From Gammaproteobacteria bacterium (lineage in GTDB: Bacteria; Pseudomonadota; Gammaproteobacteria; CBDBNL01; JAAOII01), in contig OZ242372.1 of assembly GCA_965209035.1 (NCBI GenBank), positions 352,001 through 416,000 of the forward strand: DNA of 64,000 nt. Reading direction: 5' to 3'. Shown in pieces: positions 63,170 to 64,000 of this stretch (its first letter is position 1; each line of letters begins with the position of its first letter). The notes beneath the pieces are model-generated. The model did no database searches, was not told the DNA's origin, and was given only the letters and a program-made list of their open reading frames with translations. Made by a program: the position numbers and the translations under genes.

Positions 63170-64000
63170 TTAGAAATCTTTTTCTATTGATTCAATAAAC
63201 GATTTCAGATCTTCCTGCAATTTTGTTAACTCTTCGTTACGAGGATTCTCGGGATATTCTTGGATGAGTTTTTCCAAGTACTTAATAAGACTGTTCGCAT
63301 TATGCGTATGATACGCTTGCCACCATTGCGAACATACATAGAATCCGCCGTATGTTTTTTTCCAATATCTGGAGTATTTGTCAACCAGACGGCCGTCTTT
63401 TTTGCGTCTTAACAAAGGAAGATTGGAAATTAAAAGTCCCATCTCTTTTATCGCATAATCCTTATCGCACATCCATTCTATTGCCTCCTGAGGCAAGGGA
63501 TGCTTCTCCAATAGAATTTTCATAATATTTCTTACGATGTCTTGGAGAGACAAGGAAGGATCTGAATATTCGGGGGGCGGGGGAGGCTTGGGTTTGGAAT
63601 GTTTTATTCCCATGAGAGTGATAAGTCTGTATACACGGGCGAATAATTCTGATCCATCGGAATGTCCCTCGATTGCCTCCAAAGTTTTTTCGTATATTTT
63701 CGTCTTAAATTCTTCATTAATAAGAAGTTGCCATTCCACCGAACTATATCTGTCCCTCAATTCTGCGAACATCTCTTTCAACTCTTCCGCAGGACCCGGA
63801 TTGACTTTAGGAGAAGCAAAATAAATACAAGTTTTCATATCGGGAAAGTAATGCCGAGCAACCAAGTATGCCCTTAGCATTTTCTTAAGAACCCTGTCCT
63901 TTGAACCACCGGTATAATTTAGACCGTTTTCATGGAAAGCCGTATCCATCATGTGGAGCACGGCAGTTTCCTCTGTCCACGGCGAGGGCATTCTGCTCCC
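63170..64000 (-). CDS. Hypothetical protein, possibly nuclease- or restriction-associated; probably 5'-truncated by the window
   Basis: The frame is open to the window edge; AT-rich; motifs DTAFHENGLNY and RYW.....YVCSQW. Confidence 0.55.
   Translation of the reverse strand, partial: GSRMPSPWTEETAVLHMMDTAFHENGLNYTGGSKDRVLKKMLRAYLVARHYFPDMKTCIYFASPKVNPGPAEELKEMFAELRDRYSSVEWQLLINEEFKTKIYEKTLEAIEGHSDGSELFARVYRLITLMGIKHSKPKPPPPPEYSDPSLSLQDIVRNIMKILLEKHPLPQEAIEWMCDKDYAIKEMGLLISNLPLLRRKKDGRLVDKYSRYWKKTYGGFYVCSQWWQAYHTHNANSLIKYLEKLIQEYPENPRNEELTKLQEDLKSFIESIEKDF

Overview
64-kb chromosomal segment of a proteobacterium, probably Gammaproteobacteria in the broad sense (zipA-ligA and prs-rplY-pth adjacency). 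A host-associated lifestyle is inferred, not shown. Housekeeping genes include lgt (partial), apbE, prpD, trpS, thrC, ftsB, an orphan atpC, groSL, pyrF, large NAD-GDH, ligA, zipA, pth, rplY, prs, dksA, serS and tRNA-Glu. Many of them are detached from their usual operons. Four accessory features stand out. (1) An AT-rich putative defence island (3.4-11.1 kb) carries three tandem T5orf172/GIY-YIG paralogues (one intact-looking, two with degenerate active-site motifs, all sharing a C-terminal domain), a DUF262-DUF1524 (GmrSD-like) gene, a UDG-superfamily-like gene and a divergent PD-(D/E)XK nuclease. (2) A family of Fn3-like/TSP3/GLUG surface lipoproteins comprises one 1874-aa two-module protein and three mosaic paralogues spaced exactly 1997 bp apart; both loci are preceded by IS481-end-derived DNA. 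(3) A dead restriction-modification pair next to tRNA-Glu has its methyltransferase split by an IS481-family element and its Hpy99I-like HNH nuclease broken by a nonsense codon. (4) The IS itself has a stop-less transposase and conserved small reading frames in its left end, and has left several derivatives in the window. Short tandem repeats frequently sit just upstream of start codons. All calls come from reading motifs by eye; no database searches were run.
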